The notes: generated from the sequence alone by a model not told the origin. Counted from the first letter of the stretch, positions 40,033 to 50,580 are shown. The stretch is 64,000 nucleotides of DNA from Candidatus Poribacteria bacterium (GCA_965205015.1 OZ242029.1:2464001-2528000); one strand, 5' to 3'. Numbers and translations: made by a program.

Positions 40033-40193
40033 AGTTAACCTCCTTCGTGTTGATTCTGCTCTCTATGTCGAACTTACCTTCAAGGATAAAAAGTTGTCGC
40101 CTTCTTTGTCGGAATTGGATATACTATCATAAGGTACTATTGGAGAATTGTCCATTGTGAAGTTTTGTAGCGAACGGAGAATTGTAGGGACTT

Positions 40194-41561
40194 ATGAACA
40201 TCGTCTTTCTATTTTCAGATGAACACGCCGGTGCTGTGATGGGGAATAGCGGACATCCGGTTGTCCGAACCCCTCACCTTGACCGTCTCGCCGAACAGAG
40301 TTACACCTTCGACAACGCTTATTGCAATTATCCAATCTGTACGCCTTCACGCCTATCAATGCTCACCGGACGGTATCCACATCAAATTGGGGCGTGGGAT
40401 TTGGGCGTAATTGCAGATCGGCAATACCCGATGTGGGGGGATTACTTGACAGAGGCGGGTTATGAGACTGTGCTGTGCGGACGGACGCATTTCAACGGCA
40501 CTGATCGGTTGCTCGGTTTCTCCCATCGTTTGCTGGACGATTTGCCGCGATGGTGTAACAGAAATGGAAGACCGCCACGGCGCACACCGGATGCCCGTCG
40601 AGGTTCCAACTCACACGTTGCCGAATGCGGACCGGGAGACCACGAACACACAAGATATGACAGAAACGTCGCGGACTTGGCGATCGATTTCCTCCGCGAA
40701 AAATCGGCTTCACCCGATGGTAATCCGTTCCTGCTGTACTGCGGATTCATGCATCCGCACTTTCCACTGATCGCACCGCCCGAATTCTTCTCACAGTATG
40801 ACCCGGACACACTCGAATTACCTGCTACATGGAACGAACCGCTCGAATCTCAACATCCGATAATTCAACGCCACCGTTGGGCATGGCGGAACGACATCCC
40901 ACCGCCTGAGGCTGTTGTGCGCTGTGCGTTAGCGTGCTACTATGCTCTTGTTTCGTCCCTTGATGCCCAGATTGGACGGATACTGGAGGCAATTGACACA
41001 TCGCCGTTACGCGAGGATACGGTTGTCATCTATACCAGCGATCACGGTGAAATGGCGGGACACCACGGCATCTGGCAGAAGCAGTGTTTCTACGAACCGG
41101 CGGTAAGAGTACCGTTGATGCTGCACCTACCTTCAGGCGAAAGCGGTCGCGTCGCCCAAAATGTCTCTTTGGTAGATGTATTGCCAACTTTGTTGGAGGT
41201 CGCTGGTTTGGAGGCACCTTCTGACCTACCAGGCGACAGTCTGCTGGGGATAGCGCGACACGAAGCGAACGAGACAACGCGTGCCGTCCTTTCGGAGTAT
41301 CATCACATGGGTATGCTTAACGCTGGTTTCATGCTCAAGCGTGGAAATTACAAATTGTGTCATTACGTCGGAAGCGAACCGCAGTTGTTCAATGTGGGTA
41401 TTGACCCGTTGGAGAATGATGACGTGGCATTGAAGCCTGAATATGCGGCGATACGTAATGAACTGGAAATCGCCTTGCGGACGGTTGTCAATCCAGAGCG
41501 AGAAGATGCCCGGGCAAAGGAGAACCAAAGGGTGCGTAGCTTGAAAGGTGGAGATACCTAA
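40194..41561 (+). CDS. Sulfatase (choline-sulfatase-like)
   Basis: NIVFLFSDEH, CTPSRLS, HPHFP, SDHGEM. Confidence 0.9.
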   Translation: MNIVFLFSDEHAGAVMGNSGHPVVRTPHLDRLAEQSYTFDNAYCNYPICTPSRLSMLTGRYPHQIGAWDLGVIADRQYPMWGDYLTEAGYETVLCGRTHFNGTDRLLGFSHRLLDDLPRWCNRNGRPPRRTPDARRGSNSHVAECGPGDHEHTRYDRNVADLAIDFLREKSASPDGNPFLLYCGFMHPHFPLIAPPEFFSQYDPDTLELPATWNEPLESQHPIIQRHRWAWRNDIPPPEAVVRCALACYYALVSSLDAQIGRILEAIDTSPLREDTVVIYTSDHGEMAGHHGIWQKQCFYEPAVRVPLMLHLPSGESGRVAQNVSLVDVLPTLLEVAGLEAPSDLPGDSLLGIARHEANETTRAVLSEYHHMGMLNAGFMLKRGNYKLCHYVGSEPQLFNVGIDPLENDDVALKPEYAAIRNELEIALRTVVNPEREDARAKENQRVRSLKGGDT

Positions 41562-41564
41562 CTG

Positions 41565-42626
41565 TTAAACTTCTCCATCCCAATAACTCAGGCTTGGGTC
41601 TTTACGATAAATTTTTCCGACGACATAGGGGAGGACCTTATTAGAATCCGGGTATTCACTCACGTCGTGCGGTGTGGTCGTTCCGAGGATGAATAGGGTG
41701 ACTGGCGCATCGCTGCTATTTACAAACTTATGTGCGCCGATGGTTCCGGGTGGAAACGCAAGGAAATCGCCCTCATTGACTTCTACATCACCTCGAGGGG
41801 TCTTGAGCGTGCAGGTGCCCTCCATGACATAGCACATCTCCTCCCCGAAATTGTGGAAATGCATCGGGAAACTCATCTTACCCGGTTGCAGCCGAATCAC
41901 GCGATAGCCTAAATTCTTACCACCGATGAGCGGGTCGATATCTTTATCCTCGAAGTCGTAAGGGTGTGGGGCATTTTTATACTGCCACGCGATTTCATCG
42001 ATATGAATGCGGTTGATGTAGATGTCGCGCCGTTCTTGCAAGCAATCAATAAGGTATTGACGGGCATCTTTAAAGATAGAGTGACCGTCCCCGACAAGGA
42101 TTGTATTGAATCGGAGTGCCAAGATTTTGCGCAGTTCAAGTGCGGCTTTCGGTGGATCGCTCAGTTTACTGTCGGCGATCAGCGTCAGTGCGCCCATCGG
42201 TTCACCGACCACGAGATCTCCGAACAGAACGGTCTGTTTCTCTGGGAAATAGAGTGCGATTTCGCCTGGACTCTTTCCGTGCCTGAGATGAATAGCGTGT
42301 AAACCCGGGACAATTGCCTCACGGTCCTGAAGCGTTCGCGTCGGTGTGATGTTCAGCGCGTCTGCATCGGCTTCATGTACAATCACGTCGGCACCTGTCC
42401 ATTCCTGAAAGGCAGCGACTTCTCGTTCATGATCGGCATTGGTCAGAACGATTAGCTTTGCGCCACCGAGTGCTTGCAGGTGTTCTCGATCGTCGTCGGA
42501 CATTGGAACCGGATCTATGAGAATATTTCCGTCCGGACGCACCCACAGATGTCCATTAAAGTCTATCTGTCGGTCTTGACTAAAGACCGTCCAACTGTAT
42601 ATATCTTCAAAAATCAAGCGTTTCAT
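41565..42626 (-). CDS. MBL-fold plus cupin fusion protein
   Basis: N-terminal IDP..TNADH..GD..GDG; C-terminal HFH..EE..H cupin. Confidence 0.8.
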   Translation of the reverse strand: MKRLIFEDIYSWTVFSQDRQIDFNGHLWVRPDGNILIDPVPMSDDDREHLQALGGAKLIVLTNADHEREVAAFQEWTGADVIVHEADADALNITPTRTLQDREAIVPGLHAIHLRHGKSPGEIALYFPEKQTVLFGDLVVGEPMGALTLIADSKLSDPPKAALELRKILALRFNTILVGDGHSIFKDARQYLIDCLQERRDIYINRIHIDEIAWQYKNAPHPYDFEDKDIDPLIGGKNLGYRVIRLQPGKMSFPMHFHNFGEEMCYVMEGTCTLKTPRGDVEVNEGDFLAFPPGTIGAHKFVNSSDAPVTLFILGTTTPHDVSEYPDSNKVLPYVVGKIYRKDPSLSYWDGEV

Positions 42627-43156
42627 TGCTGTTTTTCCTTTGAAACGAGTCCGTAAACCTCCAGTTCATGTATGAAGGCTCTGCCTAACTTTATTTGGGG
42701 TACGATTGCGCCACGTCTTGGATCATACCGACTGGCTTGTTTTTCGTCATCGGTGGTGCCGCTGATGTAGATACGGATTGCTTCCGTCACGACACCGCTG
42801 ACGCGCATTTTAATAATTGGACTCTCGTTGTTCTGGATCTGCATAACTGCGCGCCAACGTCCGTCACCTTCCAATTTCTCGTATATCATAGCATTTATAA
42901 TATTAGTCCCATTGATGGTGATCCGGTGAATCGCCTTTTGCGTTGGTAGGTTTAGATGGATCCACCGTCCATCGGCGTAGCCTCTCGTGTTCACATCGCC
43001 GTCTATCATTTCTGGTGAGGTGCAGGTGACGCCTTCTGTGACGGCGTAGTTGTAAAGTTCCTGCGGTTCGATCAGCATCTGCAGTGCCTTGGATTGGCAT
43101 CCTGAAAAGAGTATTATTACACAGAACACTGTGGAAATAGAAAGGTAACGTTGCAT
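42623..43156 (-). CDS. Hypothetical lipoprotein (discoidin-like fold possible)
   Basis: Lipobox FSGC; MIDGD..T, IHELEVYG; AGGAGG RBS. Confidence 0.6.
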   Translation of the reverse strand: MQRYLSISTVFCVIILFSGCQSKALQMLIEPQELYNYAVTEGVTCTSPEMIDGDVNTRGYADGRWIHLNLPTQKAIHRITINGTNIINAMIYEKLEGDGRWRAVMQIQNNESPIIKMRVSGVVTEAIRIYISGTTDDEKQASRYDPRRGAIVPQIKLGRAFIHELEVYGLVSKEKQQ

Positions 43157-43307
43157 CTTTTCCTCCTACGCTATGGCTCCGCTTTTCAAAATATTATACC
43201 ACATTCTCACTTTTCTTTACAGGGGAATTTTGTGAAAATCGTTGCTTTAAAATAGCACTCGACCTATAATGCAGTATCTGGATTGATAAGTAAAAGGAGA
43301 TAACGCA

Positions 43308-44345
43308 ATGTATAAAAGTGCGATTTTAGGATGCCGAGGACGTGCCCGTGGGCACGCACGCGCATATCAACACGTCAAGGGTGGTAAACTTGCCGCTATT
43401 TGCGACATGCAGGAAGATCTGCTCAACGATTTTGGCGATGAGTTCGGTATTGAGGCTCGGTATACCGATCTCGATGAGATGCTGTCAAAGGAGAAGCCGG
43501 ATCTCCTACACATTGTTACTGCACCCGTGCTGCGCGGGAGTAACGAACGCATCCGCTACCCCCTGATGAGCCAAGCCTCTGAACACGGGGTTCCTGCCGC
43601 GATTGTCGAGAAACCGATCGCTGTTGAGAGCGAAGACTGGCGGCAGATTTCCGAGCTTGCCCAACGCACTAAAACCAAGTTTGTCGTCAATACACAACTC
43701 AATTTCCATCCGCAGAATCTTGCCCTTAAACGTGATGTCGCAGAAGGCAAAATCGGTGCGATTAAATTTATTGAGGCAAGCGCCCGTAACCCACCTGTTG
43801 ACCAAGCACCGCATGTCCTACAACTCGTGTCCTCCTATATTGACAACTCGCGGCCCGTGAAGGTCCAAGGACAAATCTCCGGTGCGGGACAACTCGATTC
43901 AGCACAACCTTCGCCTGCCAACGCTACAGCACTCGTGACCTACGCAAACGGCGTGCAAACCTCAGTTGCGTTCGGACCAGAGATGGCACCACGCGTACTG
44001 CCGGATACAGGTAACAACCGGCATAAGCGCGTCTGCGTGTTCGGTGAACAAGGATTTGTCCACTGGCGGTTCGAGAGTTGGGAACGCAATCTACCCGGAA
44101 GTGGGTATGAAGGCGGTGATCTCAACTACGGGGCACAGGATGTCATTGCCCAAGGCGGACTCACAGACGCAGTGTTTGAATGGCTCGATGATGAAAGCAA
44201 AGTGCATCCGACGCATTTGAAGCAATCCCTTGCGGAATTCAACCTGTTGTTGGGAATCTACTATAGTGGTTTGACGAACACCGTCGTCGAATTGCCGTTT
44301 GATCCACCTGATGGCATGATTGACATGTTCCGTGAACGGCTTTAA
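43308..44345 (+). CDS. Gfo/Idh/MocA oxidoreductase
   Basis: AILGC, AICD, KPDLLHI, VEKP. Confidence 0.9.
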   Translation: MYKSAILGCRGRARGHARAYQHVKGGKLAAICDMQEDLLNDFGDEFGIEARYTDLDEMLSKEKPDLLHIVTAPVLRGSNERIRYPLMSQASEHGVPAAIVEKPIAVESEDWRQISELAQRTKTKFVVNTQLNFHPQNLALKRDVAEGKIGAIKFIEASARNPPVDQAPHVLQLVSSYIDNSRPVKVQGQISGAGQLDSAQPSPANATALVTYANGVQTSVAFGPEMAPRVLPDTGNNRHKRVCVFGEQGFVHWRFESWERNLPGSGYEGGDLNYGAQDVIAQGGLTDAVFEWLDDESKVHPTHLKQSLAEFNLLLGIYYSGLTNTVVELPFDPPDGMIDMFRERL

Positions 44346-44360
44346 ATTTCCGATTTTCCG

Positions 44361-44385
44361 CGCTGGCGAGGTTTCTAACCTCGCC
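44361..44385. repeat. REP-like palindrome
   Basis: cgctGGCGAGGTT-tct-AACCTCGCC. Confidence 0.7.
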
Positions 44386-44425
44386 TATTTCATCCAATTA
44401 AAGGCACCCTAAAAGGAACACCCTC

Positions 44426-45580
44426 ATGAACGATACCATCTATATGGATAACCATGCCACAACGCCAATTGCCCCTGAAGTTTTAGCGGCGATGATGCCG
44501 TATCTCACCACAGATTTTGGCAACGCTTCCAGCGCGCATCCGTTCGGTGTTACGGCGAAGAATGCTGTGGAAAAAGCGCGCCACCAAGTCGCTGAACTGC
44601 TCGGTTGTTCAGGAGAGGAGATTGTCTTTACCAGCGGTGCCACCGAATCGGACAACCTTGCTGTTAGGGGGATCGCCTACGCCTGTCGGGAGAGGGGAAA
44701 CCATATCATCACAAGCACGGCGGAGCATCACGCAATCCTTGATACATGCCACGCCTTAGCGACAGAGGGATTTGAAACCACGTATCTTCCGGTAGACAAA
44801 TATGGGAGGGTGAGTCCTGACGATGTGGCGGCTGCCATTACGCCGAAGACGGTTTTGATGAGTTTCATGTATGCCAACAATGAGGTAGGCACGATAAACC
44901 CGATCGCCGATATTGCCGCTGTCGCTGCCAAACACGGCGTGCTTTTCCATTCGGATGCGGTGCAAGGTATAGGACAGTTGCCATCGGATATGGAGAGACT
45001 CGGTATAGCTCTTGCATCTCTGACGGCACACAAGATTTATGGACCCAAGGGGACCGGCGCGCTTTACATCCGTCGAAAGGGTCCCCGACCGGATTCGCTT
45101 TTCCACGGCGGTGGGCAGGAAGACGGGGTTCGACCCGGCACTTTAAACGTCGCGGGGATTGTCGGCTTAGGGGCAGCGTGTCAACTTGCTAAAAACTATA
45201 TGGAAACGGGAAAAAATTGCGTGTCGATCTTGCGGAACTCACTCCATCTGAAGTTAAGCGCGCGATTGGAGGACATTCATCTCAACGGGCACCCGGAACA
45301 GCGGCTACCGGGCAATTTGAATCTCTGCTTTGCGGGGGTGCAGAGTCATGCCCTACTGATGGGGCTTAAGCGCGTTGCTGTCTCAACTGGATCGGCATGT
45401 GATTCTGAATCGGTGAAGGCATCACACGTTTTGGTTGCAATGGGGGTTCCGAATGAACTGGCGTTGACGGCTATCCGTTTCGGCTTGGGACGCTACAACA
45501 CCGCGGCGGAGGTCGAGGTTGTCGCCGATGAGGTCGTAAAGATCGTTCGTCGGTTGCGTGAGTTGGCACCCGAACGGTGA
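44426..45580 (+). CDS. iscS: Cysteine desulfurase (IscS/NifS type)
   Basis: YMDNHATTP, FTSGATESDN, NNEVG, HSDAVQ, AHKIYGPKG, STGSAC. Confidence 0.92.
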   Translation: MNDTIYMDNHATTPIAPEVLAAMMPYLTTDFGNASSAHPFGVTAKNAVEKARHQVAELLGCSGEEIVFTSGATESDNLAVRGIAYACRERGNHIITSTAEHHAILDTCHALATEGFETTYLPVDKYGRVSPDDVAAAITPKTVLMSFMYANNEVGTINPIADIAAVAAKHGVLFHSDAVQGIGQLPSDMERLGIALASLTAHKIYGPKGTGALYIRRKGPRPDSLFHGGGQEDGVRPGTLNVAGIVGLGAACQLAKNYMETGKNCVSILRNSLHLKLSARLEDIHLNGHPEQRLPGNLNLCFAGVQSHALLMGLKRVAVSTGSACDSESVKASHVLVAMGVPNELALTAIRFGLGRYNTAAEVEVVADEVVKIVRRLRELAPER

Positions 45581-45782
45581 GATCCTAAGTCCCTTGTCCC
45601 GCTTGTGGGTGATTTTTGGCTGTGTGCTTGGCAATCAACTCACGCACGGCATTTGTGTGCTTTTATCCCATGTTGTGTCAAAAACTTTACACACCCATTC
45701 AATTGCAAGCTGTTGCAATTTTCCCCGATAATATGCTATACTTTTATCGTCAAGTTAACACCTATCACAGCAGGAGACACGC

Positions 45783-46391
45783 ATGTCATCTATTGCAGCC
45801 CGAACCTACTTAACTCCTGAAGAATACATTGCTGCCGAACGCAAGGCAACGTTCAAAAGCGAATATCTGAGCGGCGAGATCGTCGCGATGTCTGGTGCCA
45901 GTCTCGCGCATAACCTTATCACAGTGAACACCGTAACTCAACTCTATAATCAACTCACAGAAGGCGGATGTAGAGTGTTCACAGGCGATATGCGCGTCGG
46001 CATTGGTGCGGGTGTCTCCTACTTCTATCCAGATGTCACCGTTGTCTGTGATGAACCCCGTTTTGAGGACGATGCTTTCGATACACTCATCAATCCCCAA
46101 GTCGTTATTGAAGTGCTTTCTGATTCAACTGCAAACTATGACCGAGGTGAGAAATTCATACGCTATCGACAATTAGAATCACTCCAAGAATACATCCTGA
46201 TTTCACAGGATCAGGTTCATGTTGAGCACTATCTCCGTCAAGGGAAACAATGGGTACTCAGCGAATTTAGCGCACTTGAGAACGTGTTACCACTTACTTC
46301 AATTGAGGCAGAACTTCCCTTACGTCAGATTTACAGATTTGTTGAATTTGAAACCGATGCCGCCGTTCAAACGACTGTAGGAGCTGGGTAA
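45783..46391 (+). CDS. Uma2 family (DUF820) endonuclease-fold protein
   Basis: YPDV.V.C, IEVLSDST..DRGEK, EYILISQ. Confidence 0.92.
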   Translation: MSSIAARTYLTPEEYIAAERKATFKSEYLSGEIVAMSGASLAHNLITVNTVTQLYNQLTEGGCRVFTGDMRVGIGAGVSYFYPDVTVVCDEPRFEDDAFDTLINPQVVIEVLSDSTANYDRGEKFIRYRQLESLQEYILISQDQVHVEHYLRQGKQWVLSEFSALENVLPLTSIEAELPLRQIYRFVEFETDAAVQTTVGAG

Positions 46392-46404
46392 CCCAGCCCC
46401 TACA
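46376..46404. repeat. GTAG-type REP palindrome overlapping the Uma2 stop codon
   Basis: TGTAGGAGCTGGG-taa-CCCAGCCCCTACA. Confidence 0.75.
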
Positions 46405-46421
46405 AAGAGGAAATCCGTCTC

Positions 46422-48446
46422 ATGCTGACTGTTGAACAACTCATCGCTTGTGGATTGGAAAAAGCAGAAGCATCGAAAATAACCGAAGTCGTCAATCGGA
46501 TATTGAAGGCGCAATCGCCGATTGCCTGTTGGTCCGACATTTCACGCCACAGTCTCACACCACACCACCCGTTCGCACTCCACCAATTGCTTTATGAGAC
46601 GGTATATGCCGATTTTGATAGCGCAACGCACGGGCCACCGCCTGCTTGGTTCCCTACGGACAAAGACATCACCGAAGCAAATATCACCCGTCTAATGGTG
46701 GCTTTAAACCTGAAAACCTACCGTGAACTCCACGCTTGGACGGTGCGGAATCGGGACACGTTTTGGCAGATGATGATCGATGCGTTGGGCATTAAAACGG
46801 TATCTACAAACACCGAGGCACAGCGAGACGCAACAGGAATCGCAACACCCTTTCATGCGCTCAACATCGTCGAGAGCTGCTTCAACACGCCTCCGGAGGC
46901 TATTGCGATTGTTACGCAACGAGAAAACGATGAAGGTCTCACAACATTCACCTATCACGAACTGGAGTTCCTCACCAATCGGGTCGCGAATGGACTTGTC
47001 GAAATCGGTATGAAGCCAGGCGACGCAGTCGCAGTTGATATGCCGATGAACGCTGAATCCGTCGCTATCTATCTGGGGATTGTCAAAGCGGGGTGTGTTG
47101 TTGTTGGGATCGCCGATAGTTTTGCGCCGGACGAGATAGCCACCCGTCTTCGCATCGGTAATGCCAAAGCAATCTTCACACAGGATTACATCAACAGGGC
47201 AGGTAAACGTCTTCCGTTGTATGAGAAAGTGATCGTCGCGAATGCTCCGAAAGCCATTGTTTCTTCATACAAGGGTCGGGACAGCGTCGCACGGATCCAA
47301 CGCGAAAGTGATATGACATGGGATAGTTTCCTGAGTGATACAGATGCCTTTACCGCCGTTCCGTGCCCTCCGGATGCCCATACCAATATCCTCTTTTCCT
47401 CTGGGACCACTGGTGAACCGAAGGCGATCCCTTGGACACATACCACCCCGATCAAATGTGCAGCGGATGCCTACCTACACCACGACATTCATCCCGGCGA
47501 TGTGCTTGCGTGGCCGACGAACCTCGGTTGGATGATGGGACCGTGGCTCATCTACGCCAGCCTCATCAACAAAGCCACTATTGCCCTATATGATGGCGTT
47601 CCGACAGGACGCGACTTCGGGGTCTTTGTCCAGAACGCCAAGGTCAGCATGCTTGGTGTCGTTCCTACCCTCGTTCGCGCGTGGAAAAATACGGAATGTA
47701 TGCACGGGGTCGACTGGCAGGCAATCCGAGCCTTCAGTTCAACGGGTGAATGTTCTAACCCAGAAGAAATGCTTTATCTGATGTCTTTGGCGGGTTATAA
47801 ACCGGTGATAGAGTATTGCGGCGGCACCGAGATCGGAGGCGGATATGTCACCGGCACGCGGGTGCAACCTGCTGTCCCTTCGACCTTTACAACGCCGGCA
47901 CTCGGTTTAGATTTCCTACTTTATGATGATGGAATTCCCTCTGATAACGGCGAAGTTTTCATCGTCCCACCCTCCCTTGGGCTCTCTACGAGCCTGCTCA
48001 ATGCCGATCACAATGAAGTCTACTTTGCCGGGACACCGCGTCCTGATCTGCGCCGGCACGGCGATGCGCTTGAACGGTTCGCGGAAGGTTATTACCGCAT
48101 TCACGGGCGCGTTGATGATACGATGAACCTCAGTGGGATCAAGGTGAGTTCCGCAGAGATAGAGGAGGTGCTTAATGTCGTTAGCGGGGTCCAAGAGACA
48201 GCAGCGGTTGCGGTTTCACCGAAAGATGGCGGTCCCAGCCAACTCGTCATTTACGCCGTACTGGCAGCATCGGCGTCCGAACCGACAAAGCAGGAGATTC
48301 ACGAGGCATTGCAAACTGCGCTTTCCGGGCATCTCAATCCACTGTTCAGAATTCACGATGTCGTCATCGTGGATGCGCTGCCACGAACCGCGTCTAATAA
48401 AATTATGCGCCGCATTTTACGCACCGGAAATTTCACTAAAAATTGA
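46422..48446 (+). CDS. AMP-binding acyl-CoA synthetase (plant AAE17/18-like)
   Basis: FSSGTTGEPK, STGE, YCGGTE, RHGD, GRVDD, PRTASNK. Confidence 0.88.
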   Translation: MLTVEQLIACGLEKAEASKITEVVNRILKAQSPIACWSDISRHSLTPHHPFALHQLLYETVYADFDSATHGPPPAWFPTDKDITEANITRLMVALNLKTYRELHAWTVRNRDTFWQMMIDALGIKTVSTNTEAQRDATGIATPFHALNIVESCFNTPPEAIAIVTQRENDEGLTTFTYHELEFLTNRVANGLVEIGMKPGDAVAVDMPMNAESVAIYLGIVKAGCVVVGIADSFAPDEIATRLRIGNAKAIFTQDYINRAGKRLPLYEKVIVANAPKAIVSSYKGRDSVARIQRESDMTWDSFLSDTDAFTAVPCPPDAHTNILFSSGTTGEPKAIPWTHTTPIKCAADAYLHHDIHPGDVLAWPTNLGWMMGPWLIYASLINKATIALYDGVPTGRDFGVFVQNAKVSMLGVVPTLVRAWKNTECMHGVDWQAIRAFSSTGECSNPEEMLYLMSLAGYKPVIEYCGGTEIGGGYVTGTRVQPAVPSTFTTPALGLDFLLYDDGIPSDNGEVFIVPPSLGLSTSLLNADHNEVYFAGTPRPDLRRHGDALERFAEGYYRIHGRVDDTMNLSGIKVSSAEIEEVLNVVSGVQETAAVAVSPKDGGPSQLVIYAVLAASASEPTKQEIHEALQTALSGHLNPLFRIHDVVIVDALPRTASNKIMRRILRTGNFTKN

Positions 48447-48471
48447 CATCTGTCGTTTTTTTAGGTATACT
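48443..48471 (+). promoter_or_regulatory. Putative sigma-70 promoter
   Basis: TTGACA-17 bp-TATACT upstream of the Uma2 gene. Confidence 0.6.
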
Positions 48472-48537
48472 TAACAAATACCCGAGTGACGGGTGCTTAT
48501 TTTTTCAATCACCCTTTGTGGAAAAGGAGATGTTCTC

Positions 48538-49293
48538 ATGGAAACGCATCCAAATTCACGCCACATCCCTTACGCTCCCACAGAAACTGCTGATCTATAC
48601 CCTGAATCGGATGGAAAACCTATGGCTGAGACGGATATGCACGCGGTGGCTATCATCGATTTACGGCACCGTTTTGACAACTTCTTCGCGGATAATCTGG
48701 ATACTTATGTCTCCGGGACTATCATGATGTATGATGTAGAGGGTCCCGGCCGTACCGCTGTCTCGCCCGATATCCTCGTCTCTTTCGGCATAGGTAAGAA
48801 ACTCCGCCGCACTTATAAGGTGTGGGAAGAGGGGAAGCCGCCAGACTTCGTGATGGAGTTTTCAAGCAAAGGGACGTTTCAAAATGACTTAGGACATAAA
48901 AAGGCACATTACGCGTCAATGGGAATACCGGAGTATTTTCTCTGCGATATAGACAAACGCTATTTGCCCACGCCGCTGATGGGGTTTTGTCTCAAAGATG
49001 GGATTTATGAGCGGATACCGGAGAACACCGATGGCAGTATCTCCTCTGTGATATTAGGCGTATCGTTCCATCTGTCGGATGAGGGATTAGCCGTTTATGA
49101 TGAGGCGACGGGGCAGTGGCTGCAAACGCCTGCTGAAGCGGCAGAGCAGCGTGCAGAACAAGAAGCCGCCGCACGGGCGCGTGAAGCCGCCGCACGGGCG
49201 CGTGAAGCCGCCGCACGGGCGGAAGCGGAAGCAGAAGCCTCGCGTCTACGCGAAGAACTTGAGCGTCTCAAAGGGCGCTTGTCAGAGGACTAA
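48538..49293 (+). CDS. Uma2 family endonuclease-fold protein with repetitive coiled-coil tail
   Basis: AGGAG RBS; YPESDGKPMAET, SPD, WEEGKPPDFVMEFSS, EYF. Confidence 0.9.
   Translation: METHPNSRHIPYAPTETADLYPESDGKPMAETDMHAVAIIDLRHRFDNFFADNLDTYVSGTIMMYDVEGPGRTAVSPDILVSFGIGKKLRRTYKVWEEGKPPDFVMEFSSKGTFQNDLGHKKAHYASMGIPEYFLCDIDKRYLPTPLMGFCLKDGIYERIPENTDGSISSVILGVSFHLSDEGLAVYDEATGQWLQTPAEAAEQRAEQEAAARAREAAARAREAAARAEAEAEASRLREELERLKGRLSED
49162..49221 (+). repeat. 21-bp in-frame tandem repeat (about 2.9 copies) encoding EAAARAR
   Basis: GAAGCCGCCGCACGGGCGCGT repeated exactly. Confidence 0.9.
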
Positions 49294-49362
49294 CGCTTGA
49301 TACGCGAAGTCCCAAAATTTCATGCTATTTTAGAAATTCACGCCAATAAATGGAGTTGCACC

Positions 49363-50580
49363 ATGCAAGAGAAACAGTTCAAAGTTAGAGCGGCGCATTG
49401 CGATTATCGCGCAACGGAGGAGGAGATTTATCAAACACTCCGCCGCATCACCGATCCGCTCACCCGTGCTTGGAAACCGATTGAGACCGCTAAGAAGGTG
49501 GTCATGAAGTTCAATATGATGAAACCGGCGGAACGCATTATCTATTTTGAGGGGCGCCGCCGAGAATTGGTAGACGATGCGGTCTGTCGTGCCGTGTTGC
49601 GATTAATCAAGGAACACACCACGGCGCAGTTGGTCGCTACCGACACGAATCCGTATACCCACGGACATCGAATGCCCCCCGGTTTCAACTATGAATACCT
49701 TCTGAAAGAATTCGATGTGCAGTTCGTCGATTCCAACTTGCCACCTTTCAAGGTCTACGATGTCCCGGATGGCGGTTCAATGTTCGATCGCTATACGCTG
49801 AGTGCGTGTTTCGACGATGCGGATGCTGTCGTTTCTGTGGCAAAGATGAAAAACCATGCTTTCATGGGTATCACCCTGTGCACCAAAAACCTGTTCGGGT
49901 TGCCGCCGATGCTCCTTCCGGAAGGCAGGACACGCAGTTATTACCATCATCTCATCCGACTCTCTTATGTGCTTCCCGACCTGGCACTCATCACGAAGCC
50001 GTGCCTTAATATTATTGATGCGTTGACGGGACAGTGGGGACGCGAATGGGGTGGCGAAGGTAGGATTTGTAACGCACTTATCGCTGGGGATCATCCGATC
50101 TCCACTGACACCGTTGGTATGCACCTGATGGGACACGATCCGCAGTCCGATTGGCCCACACCGCCCTTCAAGCGCGATCGGAACCATATCCTCATCGCGG
50201 CACAGCGTGGATACGGCACTGTCAACTTGGATGAGATCGATTGGGAGAGCGAAGTCAAGGCACCGTTGGCGGAGTTTGATTCTGTCGAAACGGATACGCC
50301 GGAGACGGTTGGCAACTGGCGGCGAACGACGTGTGAGCAAGGGTTGGTTTACCTCGAAAACCAGAAGGAACTCATTGACCGGTATCGCAACGAATTCATT
50401 TACATGCAAGGTGGCGAGGTTGTCTGGAGTGGACCGGATCCGTCAAATCTCGGCAGCCGTCGACAGTTGAGCGGTGAAAAGAAGGATAGCGCGCTTTGGC
50501 TGAAACTTGTTGATGCCGAGGAGCATGAAGGCGAACGTTTCAACGTCTATGCGGAGTGTCTAAAACCCTTTGCGGCGTAG
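49363..50580 (+). CDS. DUF362 domain protein
   Basis: K.N, KMKNH..TLCTKNLFG, IIDA, AG..P...D. Confidence 0.85.
   Translation: MQEKQFKVRAAHCDYRATEEEIYQTLRRITDPLTRAWKPIETAKKVVMKFNMMKPAERIIYFEGRRRELVDDAVCRAVLRLIKEHTTAQLVATDTNPYTHGHRMPPGFNYEYLLKEFDVQFVDSNLPPFKVYDVPDGGSMFDRYTLSACFDDADAVVSVAKMKNHAFMGITLCTKNLFGLPPMLLPEGRTRSYYHHLIRLSYVLPDLALITKPCLNIIDALTGQWGREWGGEGRICNALIAGDHPISTDTVGMHLMGHDPQSDWPTPPFKRDRNHILIAAQRGYGTVNLDEIDWESEVKAPLAEFDSVETDTPETVGNWRRTTCEQGLVYLENQKELIDRYRNEFIYMQGGEVVWSGPDPSNLGSRRQLSGEKKDSALWLKLVDAEEHEGERFNVYAECLKPFAA

Noticed and set aside
44426-45580. Cysteine desulfurase as DndA of a phosphorothioation system
   Set aside because: No dndBCDE or ssp genes nearby, and it lies 7 kb from the defence cluster; a housekeeping role is more likely.
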